Part shown: one piece after another, positions 22,614 to 36,124 of the stretch
How positions within the stretch are numbered: position 1 is the first letter of the stretch
How the letters are laid out: every line of letters begins with the position of its first letter
From: Macrostomum lignano
Taxonomy: Eukaryota
Direction: 5' to 3'
Assembly: GCA_002269645.1 (NCBI GenBank)
Contig: NIVC01001933.1
Span: forward strand, 1 to 58,958
Length of the DNA stretch: 58,958 nt
The notes under the pieces: generated by a model
What the model saw: the letters and a program-made list of their open reading frames with translations, nothing else
Databases searched by the model: none
Told to the model about the DNA's origin: nothing
Program-made: the position numbers and the translations under genes

Positions 22614-25600
22614 ATGGGCTCGCCAGCCAGCGAGAATCTGACCGTCTGCTATTTCGGTCACCCGCCGTTCTCGGACACCGTGGCCGGCCAGCTCCGAGGC
22701 GTGTTCTGGGACCTGGCCCGGGCCGGCCTGCAGCAGTGCGGCGAGCCGCTGGACTTCCGCTACCGCGCCTTCGCCAGCGAGAGCCACCTGCTGAGCGACG
22801 GGGTCACCCGGGGCTGCAATGTCAGCCTGCCGGTGGCGAAGGCGCCGCTGTTTGGCCTGCTGAGCGAGCACAAGTTCCTGCCGGTGGTGACCACTCCGGG
22901 TGAGACCGGGGCGGAGAGCTTGCAAAAGTGTCTGAGACTGCGAATCTGTCAATCCGCCTCTGAGAACCATCTCAATTCGCTCCAAGAATCACCTCAATCC
23001 GCCCCTAAGCATCACCTCGATCCGCCCCTTAGAACCCCCCCCCCAATCCATCACTGAGAATCGTCCCAATCCATCACTGAGAATCGCCCCAATCCGTCAC
23101 TGAGAATCGCCCCAATCCATCAGTGAGAATCGCCCTCAATCCATCACTGAGAATCGCCCCCAATCCATCACTGAGAATCGCCCCAATCCATCAGTGAGAA
23201 TCGCCCCAATCCATCACTGAGAATCGCCCTCAATCCATCACTGAGAATCACCCTCAATCCATCACTGAGAATCGCCCCAATCCATCAGTGAGAATCGCCC
23301 TCAATCCATCACTGAGAATCGCCCCAATCCATCACTGAGAATCGCCCTCAATCCATCACTGAGAATCGCCCCCAACCCATCACTGAGAATCGCCCTAATC
23401 CATCAGTGAGAATCGCCCCCAATCCATCACTGAGAATCGCCCTCAATCCATCCCTGAGAATCGCCCCCAATCCATCCCTGACAATTGCCCTTTGCGAAGT
23501 TCACACCTGACACCTGCGCAGAAGACATGACGCCGCAGGTGGCGGGTGCAGAACTTCGGTGCCCCAGTTTTGTACCAAGTATGTCCAAAACTTGAAAAAC
23601 AAATTCAGGAATTCAGAAAAAACAGCCAGTAGATCTTATTTTCAAATAGTTTTCAAAATTGAAACAAGGAAAAACTGATTCAGAATGTGCGCAGCAAAAA
23701 ACGCAACAGTTTATTGCTTTTCGAAATTCCCCCGCTGACAGACAGTCGGAATTTCCCCGAAGCGGGTCATAAATCCACGATAGAATTGAATTATTTCCGA
23801 GTTCATACCGAGAATCGATATTTGAAACCCCCGATGCACCCCACACGCCAGTTCGAACCCGTCTGAGGCCTTGAAATCGGATCTCTTGAGCACCCGTTTT
23901 TGGATGGGAAATTTATTTAATTTATGCACGAGTTGGGACTCTCAATTTTCAAGCGACCCAATTATCGAGACAAGTTGGCATATTTCATTTTTCCACTATT
24001 TTTATTGCATATTTTATATACTTTAGCCCTACTGTCAATAAAGAATTTCCATCAGCATTCCTGATTGGCTGATGCAGAGAGCAGCTGAAATGCGCTTTAC
24101 TTGACCGCTTAGTCAGAAAGGTCCGTTTGAAAATTTGAATTTCAAATTAAAAAGTTATTGCACACGCGTTTGAAATGAGAATTCGAACCATTGAGGTCAG
24201 TCTGTATTGTTGCTGCCATGCTCAACTGGAATGAGGTGACGGATTTCTGTTGCATTGAATGTACTCTGATGTACACGGATGTACACTGGTGTGCATTGAA
24301 TGCACTCTGATGTACACTGCTTTACACCGCTGTACACTGCTGTACACTGCTGGTATGCACAGATGTACACTGCTGTACACTGCTGTACACTGCTGTACAC
24401 TGCTGGTATGCACAGATGTACACTGCTGTACACTGCTGTACACTGCTGTACACTGCTGGTATGCACAGATGTACACTGCTGTACACTGCTGTACACTGCT
24501 GTACACTGCTGGTATGCACAGATGTACACTGCTGTACACTGCTGTACACTGCTGGTATGCACAGATGTACACTGCTGTACACTGCTGTTATGCACAGATG
24601 TGTAACGTGCGGTGTTTGGCAGTGTAAAAATCAACGAAGGCCCCGTGGGGCAGTGATGGCTATACATGTATTTATGCGAGTCAACGATGTACATAGAGAG
24701 AGCGAACGTACATTACAATTATTCAGCAAAATATTTGTCAATACGATACCAGTTCAATGACTGCCAATAAGGCAAGGAATAAAACCATTACAGATGTACA
24801 CTGCTGTACACTGCTGTACACTGCTGGTATGCACAGATGTACACTGCTGTACACTGCTGGTATGCACGGATGTACACTGCTGTACACTGCTGGTATGCAC
24901 AGATGTACACTGCTGTACACTGCTGGTATGCACAGATGTACACTGCTGTACACTGCTGGTATGCACAGATGTACACTGCTGGTGTCAACAATGCCATACA
25001 AAAATCTGTAGGAAGTTCAGCACGCAAAAGCAAAAACACACGCTGCCCGCAGCGGAGCGAAATGTTTTTGCAGCTTCTCCCCACCGAGTGCACACTGCTT
25101 GTTATATTTTGCTGGCAATTTCAGTTTACCCCAGCTATTGCAGAAAGCTTAAACTCCTCTCCATAAAGCTGATGTCGCAGCTGAAAATGTACTTTTAGAC
25201 TAGTTCGAATACGCATCATTCGATTTTTAGATTTATGAGCAGATGGTGTAGCGTTGAGTTTTGTGGCCCACAGCGTGACCATTCTGATTTTAATACTAAT
25301 TTGCGTCTTTCTAAGAAACAAATGCTCACGATTTCTTTGAGACCAAATGACATGTCAGTTAGTTTTAACCCATATTAACCCTAACCCTAGCCCTCAGGTA
25401 TCCCTGATGAGACAAAGATTATTCATACACCCTTACTCACTCTCCTTGCCAGTTGGGACCCGGTAGTCGTAATCCGCCGGTACTGCACTTCATTCTCTCC
25501 TACCTAACCCTAACCCTAGCCCTAACCCTAGCCCTAACCCTAACCCTAACCCTAAACCTAGGCTAGCGACAAATCATTTTTATCATAGTGGATTCACTGA

Positions 25601-28600
25601 GTAGGCTATCATACGAGCGTAGATCGATCTTAGATGCCCTTATTAGCTGATAAATTGCATTTTTTCATCGCTACACTCAAGTTTGCCCAAGGGCCTTCAT
25701 TCCCAACGTCATCAGCTGGCTTTTGTCCAATGCACCAGGCCTGAGGCAGTCGCAGACCCACAGTTATACCTGTACATGTACCTATCCATTTTTCGGCTTT
25801 CCTCCCCTCCCGCAATGCAGGCTTGAAGCCCTTAAAGAAGAATCTGGTTTGCGAGCTTGGATACTAAGATGAAGCTGGCGCAAACCAAATTATGGGTTCA
25901 ATCGAAGCGGAGGCTTGACAAATTAATAAGATGAGGAACCAGACCGGTGTCTGCGAATGAGGGTAAGAATTGGTGCTCCAGGCTCTGGCACACGCCCGCC
26001 TTGGTCGCAGTTATCCGCGTGTCCTTAACTTTGTTTAGAGGAGAAACACCGGGGCAGAGCCGTCTTGCGACGACTTTCCCCGGGTCCCGGCGCTGCCCCA
26101 GTTATCGGCCGTTCGCTAGGAAGCTGCTTGGGCAAATATTTAAAGTGCGAGCAGCAATGCAACGAGACAATGGGGCCCATTGTGCGCTCAAGTCTGACTG
26201 GGGCGATTCAATTCTGTCACTCCTCATCATTTCCATCGATCCGGCACTCCAGGTTTCACTCTGTGTGCATAGCGATTTAGAAGCCTCAATGCCATTCTCA
26301 GTGTCGCCCTTTGTGTCACTCTCTCTGTCACTATTGATGTCACTCTCTATGTCACTATTGATGTCACTCTGTCTCACTATTGATGTCACTCTCTGTGTCT
26401 CTATTGATGTCACTCTCTATGTCACTATTGATGTCACTCTCTGTCTCACTATTGATGTCACTCTCTGTGTCTCTATTGATGTCACTCTCTGTCTCACTAT
26501 TGATGTCACTCTCTGTGTCTCTATTGATGTCACTCTCTATGTCACTATTGATGTCACTCTCTGTCTCACTATTGATGTCACTCTCTGTGTCTCTATTGAT
26601 GTCACTCTCTATGTCACTATTAATGTCACTCTCTGTCTCACTACTGATGTCACTCTCTGTCTCACTATTGATGTCACTCTCTGTCTCACTATTGATGTCA
26701 CTCTCTGTCTCACTACTGATGTCACTCTCTGTCTCACTACTGATGTCACTCTCTGTCTCACTATTGATGTCACTCTCTGTCTCACTATTGATGTCACTCT
26801 CTGTCTCACTATTGATGTCACTCTCTTTGTCACTATTTATGTCACTCTGTGTCTCACTATTTATGTCACTCTCTGTGTCACTATCGATTTCACTCTCTGT
26901 GTCACTATCGATATCACTCTCTGTGTAACTATTGATGTCACTCTCTGTGTGTGTCAGTTTTAAGTGTCTCTTCACATGTCGCTACCAGTGCAGTACGAAG
27001 TACCATTGTCAATGTCACTCTCAATGTCACTCTCTTATATCTGAATCAACATCAGCCCTCCCCAGAGTATTCGCTAATTCCACTGCGCACCTCACCCACC
27101 GCCGCAGGCGCAGTGTGGCTGGACCCAACCATCCGGCCGCACCAGTCCGGCCTTTCGCAGCTGAACTTCGTGGTTCACGCCTGGCCACTGCTGGTCATCA
27201 TCCTGGTGTCCTGCGCCTACGCCGGGGTCATCGCCTGGCTCATGGTCTGGACTGGCGCCTGCTGACTGTTAGATAGGCTTGCTGACTGTTAGATAGGCTT
27301 GCTGACTGCTAGAAAAACTTATTACCTGTTAGACAGGAGAATTACCTGTTCAGGAGTATTACCTGTTAGAGACAGGAGTATTACCTGTTAGACAGAACTA
27401 TTACCTGTTAGACAGGAGTATTACCTGCTAGACAGGCTTATTTCATATTAGACAGGCGTATTACCTGTTAGACACGCTCATCAACTGTTAGACACGCTTA
27501 TTACCTGTTAGACAGAAGTATTACCTGTTGGACAGAACTATTACCTGTTAGACAGAACTATTACCTGTTAGACAGAAGTATTACCTGTTGGACAGAACTA
27601 TTACCTGTTAGACAGAACTATTACCTGTTAGACAGAACTATTACCTGTTAGACAGGCTTATTACCTGTTAGACAGGCTTATCAACTGTTAGACACGCTTA
27701 TTACCTGTTAGACAGAAGTATTACCTGTTAGACAGAAGTATTACCTGTTAGACAGGCTTATCACCTGTTAGACAGAAGTATTACCTGTTAGACAGGCTTA
27801 TCACCTGTTAGACAGAAGTATTACCTGTTAGACAGAAGTATTACCTGTTAGACAGAACTATTACCTGTTAGACAGAAGTATTACCTGTTAGACAGGCTTA
27901 TCACCTGTTAGACAGAAGTATTACCTGTTAGACGGAAGTATTACCTGTTAGACACGCTTATAAACTGTTAGAACAGCTTACTATAGAATACCTATTGGAC
28001 AGGTTTATAACCTGCTACAAGGACTGATTAGCATTCAGACAGACATGAAACAGCGTCATCTCCCAGCCAATTTCCGCAAGCCACTGGGGCTCCCTCTTCA
28101 TCAAACGCAGCCTCTCGCATCCCCTCTCCCCTCCCCCGTCTTGGATTTCAGGAGCGGCTGAAAAATCCCCAGGAATTTCCCAGACCCTTCCTGCGCGGCT
28201 TCTGGGAAGGCTGCTGGTGGGCCTTCATCACCATGACAACCGTGGGGTGAGTTTAGAAATATCGTTTTGCAAAGCATTCTGGCATTCTTTTTGCTGTGCC
28301 TGGCAACCCCGCTTGAAGCACCGCTTGAACCGGGGATGAATGCCCTCTGCAGCGCCTGCGGGCTGCCTGCGCGCTGGCGTGACTTGCTGCTGCTATTTTC
28401 TAGCGAAAATTCATTCGCTGGGGTGAATTGCTGCTGCTATTTTCTAGCGAAAATTCATTCAGTCCGAGGTTTCTTCTTTCCCTCATTTGGATTCGTGAGC
28501 GTCACACTTCTTCTCTTCACCTCTATTCTCAGTATCTTCTCTACTCTCTCTGTTTACTCTCATTGTCTACTCTCCCTGTCTACTCTCCCTGTCTACTCTC

Positions 28601-31600
28601 CCTGTCTACTCTCCCTGTCTACTCTCCCTGTCTACTCTCTCTGTCAGTCTACTCTCCCTGTCAACTCTCTCTGTTCGTCTACTATATCTGTCTACTATTT
28701 CCGTCTACTCTCTATCTACTCTCTCTGTCTACTCTCTCTGTCTACTCTCTCTGTCTACTCTCATTATCTACTCTCCTTGTCTACTCTCTCTGTCTACTCT
28801 CTCTGTCTACTCTCCCTACCTTTTCCCTCTCCCTGTCTACTCTGTATACTCTCATTGTCTACTCCCCCTGTCAATTCTCTCTGTCCGTCATCTATCTCTG
28901 TCTACTTTCTATCTACTCTATCTGTCTACTCTACCTATTCTTCCTACCTACTATTCCTGCCCCGTACAAGCAGCTCGCAGGCGGCAGTGCAGCGCAGAAT
29001 CTGCAGCGGCCGGTGCGCAGCCCAAAACTGTGACGGATCCCATGGGATAATGAAGGGTGCAAGGGAATCCCAGGCCCATTCTTCACTCGTTTAACCGCGG
29101 GGTCGCGTGGAGAAAGTTTTCTATGCCGGGGTCACCGGGGGCTCCGCAGCTGCCCGAGGCAGCCGAAGATGATTTAAGGTCAGCTGCTGGCAGCCACCAC
29201 CCACTACGGCAAAGTTTTTCCCCAGGCACAGAGGGGTGCAACTGCCAGCTGCCTGATCAATCTGATGACTCCTCGAGTTCCGAGCTTCCCTGCTAATTGT
29301 CTGCCGCCTTTTTGCTCAGTTTGCTTAACCTAGAAATCGAATGAATGATATTTTGTCTGTGGAATCTGAAATTCCATCTCGATGGAATCCCAAATTGGAA
29401 AATCTCCCTTAGTATACCAAATTACTTTCGTGGGAAATATCCCACAGCAGCCTGAGATCCCCAATCGGGAAATATCCCACAGCAGCCTGAGATCCCCAAT
29501 CGGGAAATATCCCATAGCAACCCGAGATCCCCAATCGGGAAATATCCCATAGCAACCTGAGATCCCCAATCGGGAAATATCCCATAGCAACCCGAGATCC
29601 CCAATCGGGAAATATCCCATAGCAACCTGAGATCCCCAATCGGGAAATATCCCATAGCAACCCGAGATCCCCAATCGGGAAGTATCCCATAGCAACCCGA
29701 GATCCCCAATCGGGAAATATCCCATAGCAACCTGAGATCCCCAATCGGGAAATATCCCATAGCAACCCGAGATCCCCAATCGGGAAATATCCCATAGCAA
29801 CCTGAGATCCCCAATCGGGAAATATCCCATAGCAACCCGAGATCCCCAATCGGGAAATATCCCATAGCAACCTGAGATCCCCAATCGGGAAATATCCCAT
29901 AGCAACCCGAGATCCCCAATCGGGAAATATCCCATAGCAACCCGAGATCCCGAAGCGGGAAATATCCCATAGCAACCCGAGATCCCGAAGCGGGAAATAT
30001 CCCATAGCAACCCGAGATCCCCAAGCGGGAAATATCCCATAGCAACCCGAGATCCCGAAGCGGGAAATATCCCATAGCAACCCGAGATCCCCAATCGGGA
30101 AATATCCCATAGCAACCCGAGATCCCCAAAGCAGACATCCGATTTCGAACCCCGCAGCTACGGCGACCGCTCGCCGAAGACCATCTGCGGCAGGCTGTTC
30201 GCCTTCCTGTGGATCAGCTTCGGCCTGGTGATCACCTCCATGTTCACCGCTGGCATCACCACCGCGCTCGGCCAGAGCTCGCAGTCGTTTGACAACTCCA
30301 AACTGTTCCAGGCCAATGTTAGTTTCCGTGTTCTCATTGTCCTGTTCTTCATTTTGAAAATCTAAATATTTTCTAAATTCTAAATATTCTTTTACAAAGG
30401 CCTTCGAATCTTCTCCTCAATTCCTCAAAAGTACTGAGTAGGGCACTTCTTTGGAATATTTTGACGCACGGATTCCCCATTAATCGTGCATAAAGGGATT
30501 CCTAGCTAACCTTGTCGAAGAGATTCCCAAATACTCTTGCAAAACGGATTCCCCATTAACCAAGGGATTACCAACTGATCTTGCAAAAGGGATTCCCCAT
30601 TAACTTTTCGAAGGGCTTCCCTACTAATCCTTTGAAAGGAATTTCACATTAACCTTTTCGAAGGGATTCCTTACTACTATTGCGAAAGGGATTCTCCATC
30701 CTTGTCGAAGGGATTCCCATTAACCAAGGAATTCCCCACTACTTTTGTCAGAGGGATTCCCCACTGCTCTAGCGAAATGGATTCCCATTGTGAAGCGGTT
30801 CCTGTTGAAGGGATTCCCGGTTAACGTTTTAAAGGGATTTCCTACTACTCTTGTGAAAGGGATTACATAACTTTTGCGAAGGCAATTCCCAAATCATATT
30901 GTCGAAGGAATTCCCAAATCATATTGACGTGGGAATTCCCTAATCATATTGTCGAGGGAATTCCCAAATCATATTGTTGAAGGGATTCCCCATCAATATC
31001 GATAATTTAGACGCGCAAAGAACCCAGCATAGCAACCAATTCCTGGAAGCCCTGAATCCGTGTCGGGGCAAACTGAAAGATCGCACAGCACTGCCGGCCT
31101 CTCCAACCCCTCCCTTCACTGGCCCCGGCCGGCACCTGCAGATGACGGTGATGAACGGCTCGTTCGAGGAGACACTGGTGTACGAAGTCGGCTCGAACCC
31201 CATCGGTAAGCCGCTGCACCGGTAGACTTTGGTATTTGGCTTGTCGGGGCCATCAATTTAGCAGACAGGCTCCGCAGTCGGATTGTAAAAGCAGCAAATT
31301 TTTCTCTGCTAAACTCGCCCTGACTGTCGGGCCAGTCCTTGATTTGCTTCTGCGGTCTGGGAAACATAAAAGATTAGACAAATAAAATTACTGCGCAAAA
31401 ACTGCGAGACAGGAGGCGGGCAGGCTCTGCTGAAGCATCTGCCCGAGTCTGGGAGGCAGAGAGCTCGGGAAAATGGCGAGAAAAAGAAGACAGTTCATTG
31501 AAAAACAGAGACACTAAGAAATGCTGAGTGAGATACTGGGATACTGAGTGAGATACTGGGATACTGAGTGAGATACTGAGTGAGATACTGGGATACTGAG

Positions 31601-34600
31601 TGAGATACTGGGATACTGAGTGAGATACTGAGTGAGATACTGGGATACTGAGTGAGATACTGAGTGAGATACCGAGTGAGATGCTGAGTGTGATACTGAG
31701 TGAAATACCGAATGAAAACTGGGTGAGATACTGAGTGAGACGCCGAGTTAGACACTGAGGTAAATACTGAGATACTGAGTAAGATAGTGAGTGAGATACT
31801 GAGATACTGAGGGAGATACTGAGTGTGGTACTGAGTGAAAACCGAGTGAAAACTGAGTGAGATACTGAATGAGATGAGTGAGATACTGAGTGAGAACTGA
31901 ATGAGATGAGGGAGATACTGAGTGAGAACTGAGTGAGAACTGAATGAGATGAGGGAGAGACTGAGTGAGAACTGAATGAGAACTGAATGAGAACTGAATG
32001 AGATACTGAGTGAGACACTGAGTGAGAAACCGAGTGAGATACTGAGTGAGAAACCGAGTGAGATACTGAGTGAGAAACCGAGTGAGATACTGAGTGAGAA
32101 ACCGAGTGAGATACTGAATGAGATACTGAGATATTTCGGATTTTCTAAGAATTTCTAAGAAACATTTTGAAATGAGGATTATCTAAGAACGAAGCACTCC
32201 CCTCCTACTTTGAGTCGTCCATTTCCCCGGACTGACCCGCCCCGACCCCTTAACCCAGCGGTGAACTCCTTGGACGAGCTGTTCGGCCGCCAGGCCTGGC
32301 AGCACTCGGGCAGCGAACCGCCGCAGGACCACCCAGCCTCATCACCGCCGGCCTCGGCCAATGCCAGTGACGCTGCCGGTGTTTCCCATGGCAACAGGGC
32401 CGCCCGTCACTACGGCGCCCTGATCGAGCACTTCATGTACCTGCACATGCGCCAGGAGCACCCGCTGCAGGTGGCCGGCGTCAAGCTGCAGATGGTGCTG
32501 AAGAGGCCGTCTGTGCGGGGGCTGCTGACGAGGCTGCGACCCAGCCTCACCGGCTGCCTCATCAACTGGCTGGTGACCCGGCAGCACAGGGTGTTGGCGG
32601 ACCTGGTAGGGCTGCAACATCAGGGCAGCGACGCGGTGAGTCAGGGGCTAACTAAGCTACATAGGCTTGCCTTGTCTACCTTGTCTACTTTGGGTACCTT
32701 TTCTACCGTGTCTACCTTTTTTGTACTTTGGCTACCTTGTCTACTCTGGCTACCATGACTACTTTGGTTGGCTACCTTGTCTACCTTGTCTACTTCGTCT
32801 AATATGGCTACCTTGTCTACTTTGGCTACCTTGGCTACTTTGGTTGGCTACCTTGGCTACTTTGGCTACTTTGGCTACCTTGGCTACCCTGGCTACCTTG
32901 ACTACCTTGTCTACTTTGGCTACCTTGGCTACTTTGACTACCTTGGCTACTTTGACTACCTTGGCTACCTTGGCTACCTTGGCTACTTTGACTATCTTGG
33001 CTACTTTGACTACCTTGTCTACTTTGGCTACCTGAACTACCCTGGCTACCCTGGCTCGAAAGCTACATAATAGGCTATCTAGTCTAACTTGGAATTCCGT
33101 GTCCATCTCAGTTGCCTTGACCATACCTGGTCTACTTAGCAGCTGCTTCTACCCTAGCAGCCTCATCTCCCATGCCCACCTTAGCTTTTTAGCTACCGAG
33201 GCTACCTTAGCTTTCATGTTTAGCTTGGCAACTCAACTTATTGAATGAAGCCGCAAAATTCGGTTGGTCACTGGCTTCTCAACCCAATCAACAGTGAGGC
33301 TGGAGCAGTTTTTGTTTATTCCGGTCATTCACTGCTCGCCTTCGAAGCGGAAATTGCTGCGAAAGCAACAGATGTTACAGCCTTAACTCAGCGCCAGCCT
33401 CCATCTCATGCTTCATCCGGAGCCTGAGCAGGATTAAATAGATTAAGAAATGAGCTGCTCGTCAATGCAAAAAAGTGTTGCCCCCGAGACGAAAAGGATC
33501 CGTGATGTTTGCTGAGCGCGGAGACTTAGGACAGCCACTTGGGCACGAACCGGCTCTGAGGCCTCCTCTGCGTGCGACTTTGCCATCCCCTCATTAATCT
33601 GCTTTACTAATTTATCCTACATTAGCATCACGGCACCCGGCCTCTGTCACTGCTCCTCTGATTCCTGTCACTCCGATTCTTAGTCACTCCTCTGATTCCT
33701 GTCACTCCGATTCTTAGTCACTCCTCTGATTCCTGTCACTCCGATTCTTAGTCACTCCTCTGATTCCTGTCACTCCGATTCTTAGTCACTCCTCTGATTC
33801 CTGTCACTCCGATTCCTGTCACTCCGATTCCTGTCACTCCGATTCCTGTCACTCCGATTCCTGTCACTCCGATTCCTGTCACTCCGATTCCTGTCACTCC
33901 GATTCCTGTCACTCCGATTCCTGTCACTCCGATTCCTGTCACTCCGATTCCTGTCACTCCTCTGATTCCTGTCACTCCGATTCCTGTCACTCCGATTCTT
34001 AGTCACTCCTCTGATTCCTGTCACTCCGATTCCTGTCACTCCGATTCCTGTCACTCCGATTCCTGTCACTCCTCTGATTCCTGTCACTCCGATTCTTAGT
34101 CACTCCTCTGATTCCTGTCACTCCGATTCCTGTCACTCCGATTCCTGTCACTCCTCTGATTCCTGTCACTCCGATTCCTGTCACTCCTCTGATTCCTGTC
34201 ACTCCGATTCCTGTCACTCCGATTCCTGTCACTCCGATTCCTGTCACTCCGATTCCTGTCACTCCGATTCCTGTCACTCCGATTCCTGTCACTCCGATTC
34301 CGCCTCCTCAGCCGTACGACGACCCGAAGTCGCCGGAGGGCATCGCCAAGTCGCTGTTCTTCACCAACCAGCTGCACCTGCTGGTGCTGGCGTTCGCCTT
34401 CGCCGTGCTCTTCGCCGCGCTGCTGTGCTGGGAGAGATTTTGGTGGGCACCGAGGAACCCCGACTACCAGTGTGAGCAACCGGGTTTACTCAAAATTTAC
34501 TCAGAATTCAATGGGAAGAAGCTTTCATATGAAGGATTTGATCTCTTGACAGCTTCATATCGTCATTCGTTAATCGATAGAAAGACAATATCGAAATAAA

Positions 34601-36078
34601 TATATAATAAATAACTAATAAAAAAAAATATATATATAACGAAAATTGTTACTGCTTTTGATGAAGCTAGCGAGACCCAATGTTCATCTTTTGATATGTC
34701 TTACCTTTCATCATACGAGTATAGCTCTATTGATAATTATAGAACCTTTCGTTTTGAAAATTATGTTAATTTTATATCCTACGTAATTATGTCCTGTGCC
34801 TAAAAACCATTATATTGGCACGGCTCGGCTCATTGGTTTTATAGGCTTTTCAGGCACAGGTTTCAGGCACTTCTAGGTTTTTCAGGCACAGGACCTGTGC
34901 AGTTGTACGAAGGATATATAATTATCATAGAATCCAAATTTTCTCAACAAAAAACTCCATGTATCAATAGAGCCATTAGAAAGACAAAATATATAAAATG
35001 ATCAACATTGGGTCTCCCTAGCTCCCATCGAAAGCAATAACAATTTTTTTTTGCTGAAAAAAATTAAAATGCTCCCATATTCGTAATCCGTATTTTTTGG
35101 TGTAGCCGGCCTCCTAAAATTTTTGGTGGGGAGGACAAAGCCAAGAATTCTGCATATTGTTCGTGTACATGACTAAATTCCTACAAGTACATTATTTTCA
35201 TAATGGTGCTGTCTGCGATTATTTTGGCGCCGCAGGCGCTCATTTTAGCGCTGCAGGCACTCATTTTGGCGCTGCAGGCACTCATTTTAGCGCCGTAGGC
35301 ACTCATTTTAGCGCTGCAGGCACTCATTTTAGCGCTGCAGGCACTCATTTTGGCGCCGTAGGCTCTCATTTTAGCGCTGCAGGCACTCATTTTAGCACCG
35401 TAGGCACTCATTTTAGCACCGTAGGCACTCATTTTAGCACCGTAGGCACTCATTTTAGCGCCGTAGGCACTCATTTTAGCGCCGTAGGCACTCATTTTAG
35501 CGCCGTAGGCACTCATTTTAGCACCGTAGGCACTCATTTTAGCACCGTAGGCACTCATTTTAGCGCCACAGGCACTCATTTTAGCACCGTAGGCACTCAT
35601 TTTAGCGCCACAGGCACCATTTTTTGTTGCCATGAAGCAAAATTATTGATTTCCATAACAGGTCAACAAAGGTGGGGTGGGGGGACAATGCATTAGCATG
35701 TCTCCCCCATAGCTCTTACTGGGGGGACATGCCCCCCTGTCCCCCCGGTGGTGACGCCTCTGACTTGAGTAGTCTTCGTAGGAAAATAGTGGCCCTTAGA
35801 AGGGCCGTTTTAGAGCTTCAAGTGACAATTACACGCAACTGCAGCAGCCAACTCCAATCCGCAGTCATCGAGCACAACTGGAAATACGAGCGGCAGAAGA
35901 AGGAGGCCGAGTTCACCCAGCAGCTGGACTTCAAGTCCTACTACAAAAGAAGAAAATCTTCCAACGGCTCCTTGAGCCCGCCGGCAGCAGCGGCAGCAGC
36001 GGCAGCAGCAGCGGCCGGCAGCCGGAGCGGCGGCAGCGACGGAAGCTTCCGGCAGCAGCAGCAGCTTCGCTTTCTTCC

Positions 36079-36124
<46 letters not shown>

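Noticed and set aside
25947-26975. Long ORFs such as 338 aa VTIDVTLC and SETESDIN, and similar ORFs at 15, 24, 29, 31, 33, 35, 39 and 43 kb
   Set aside because: They are stop-free readings of tandem repeats, often open in several frames on both strands, and lie inside introns.
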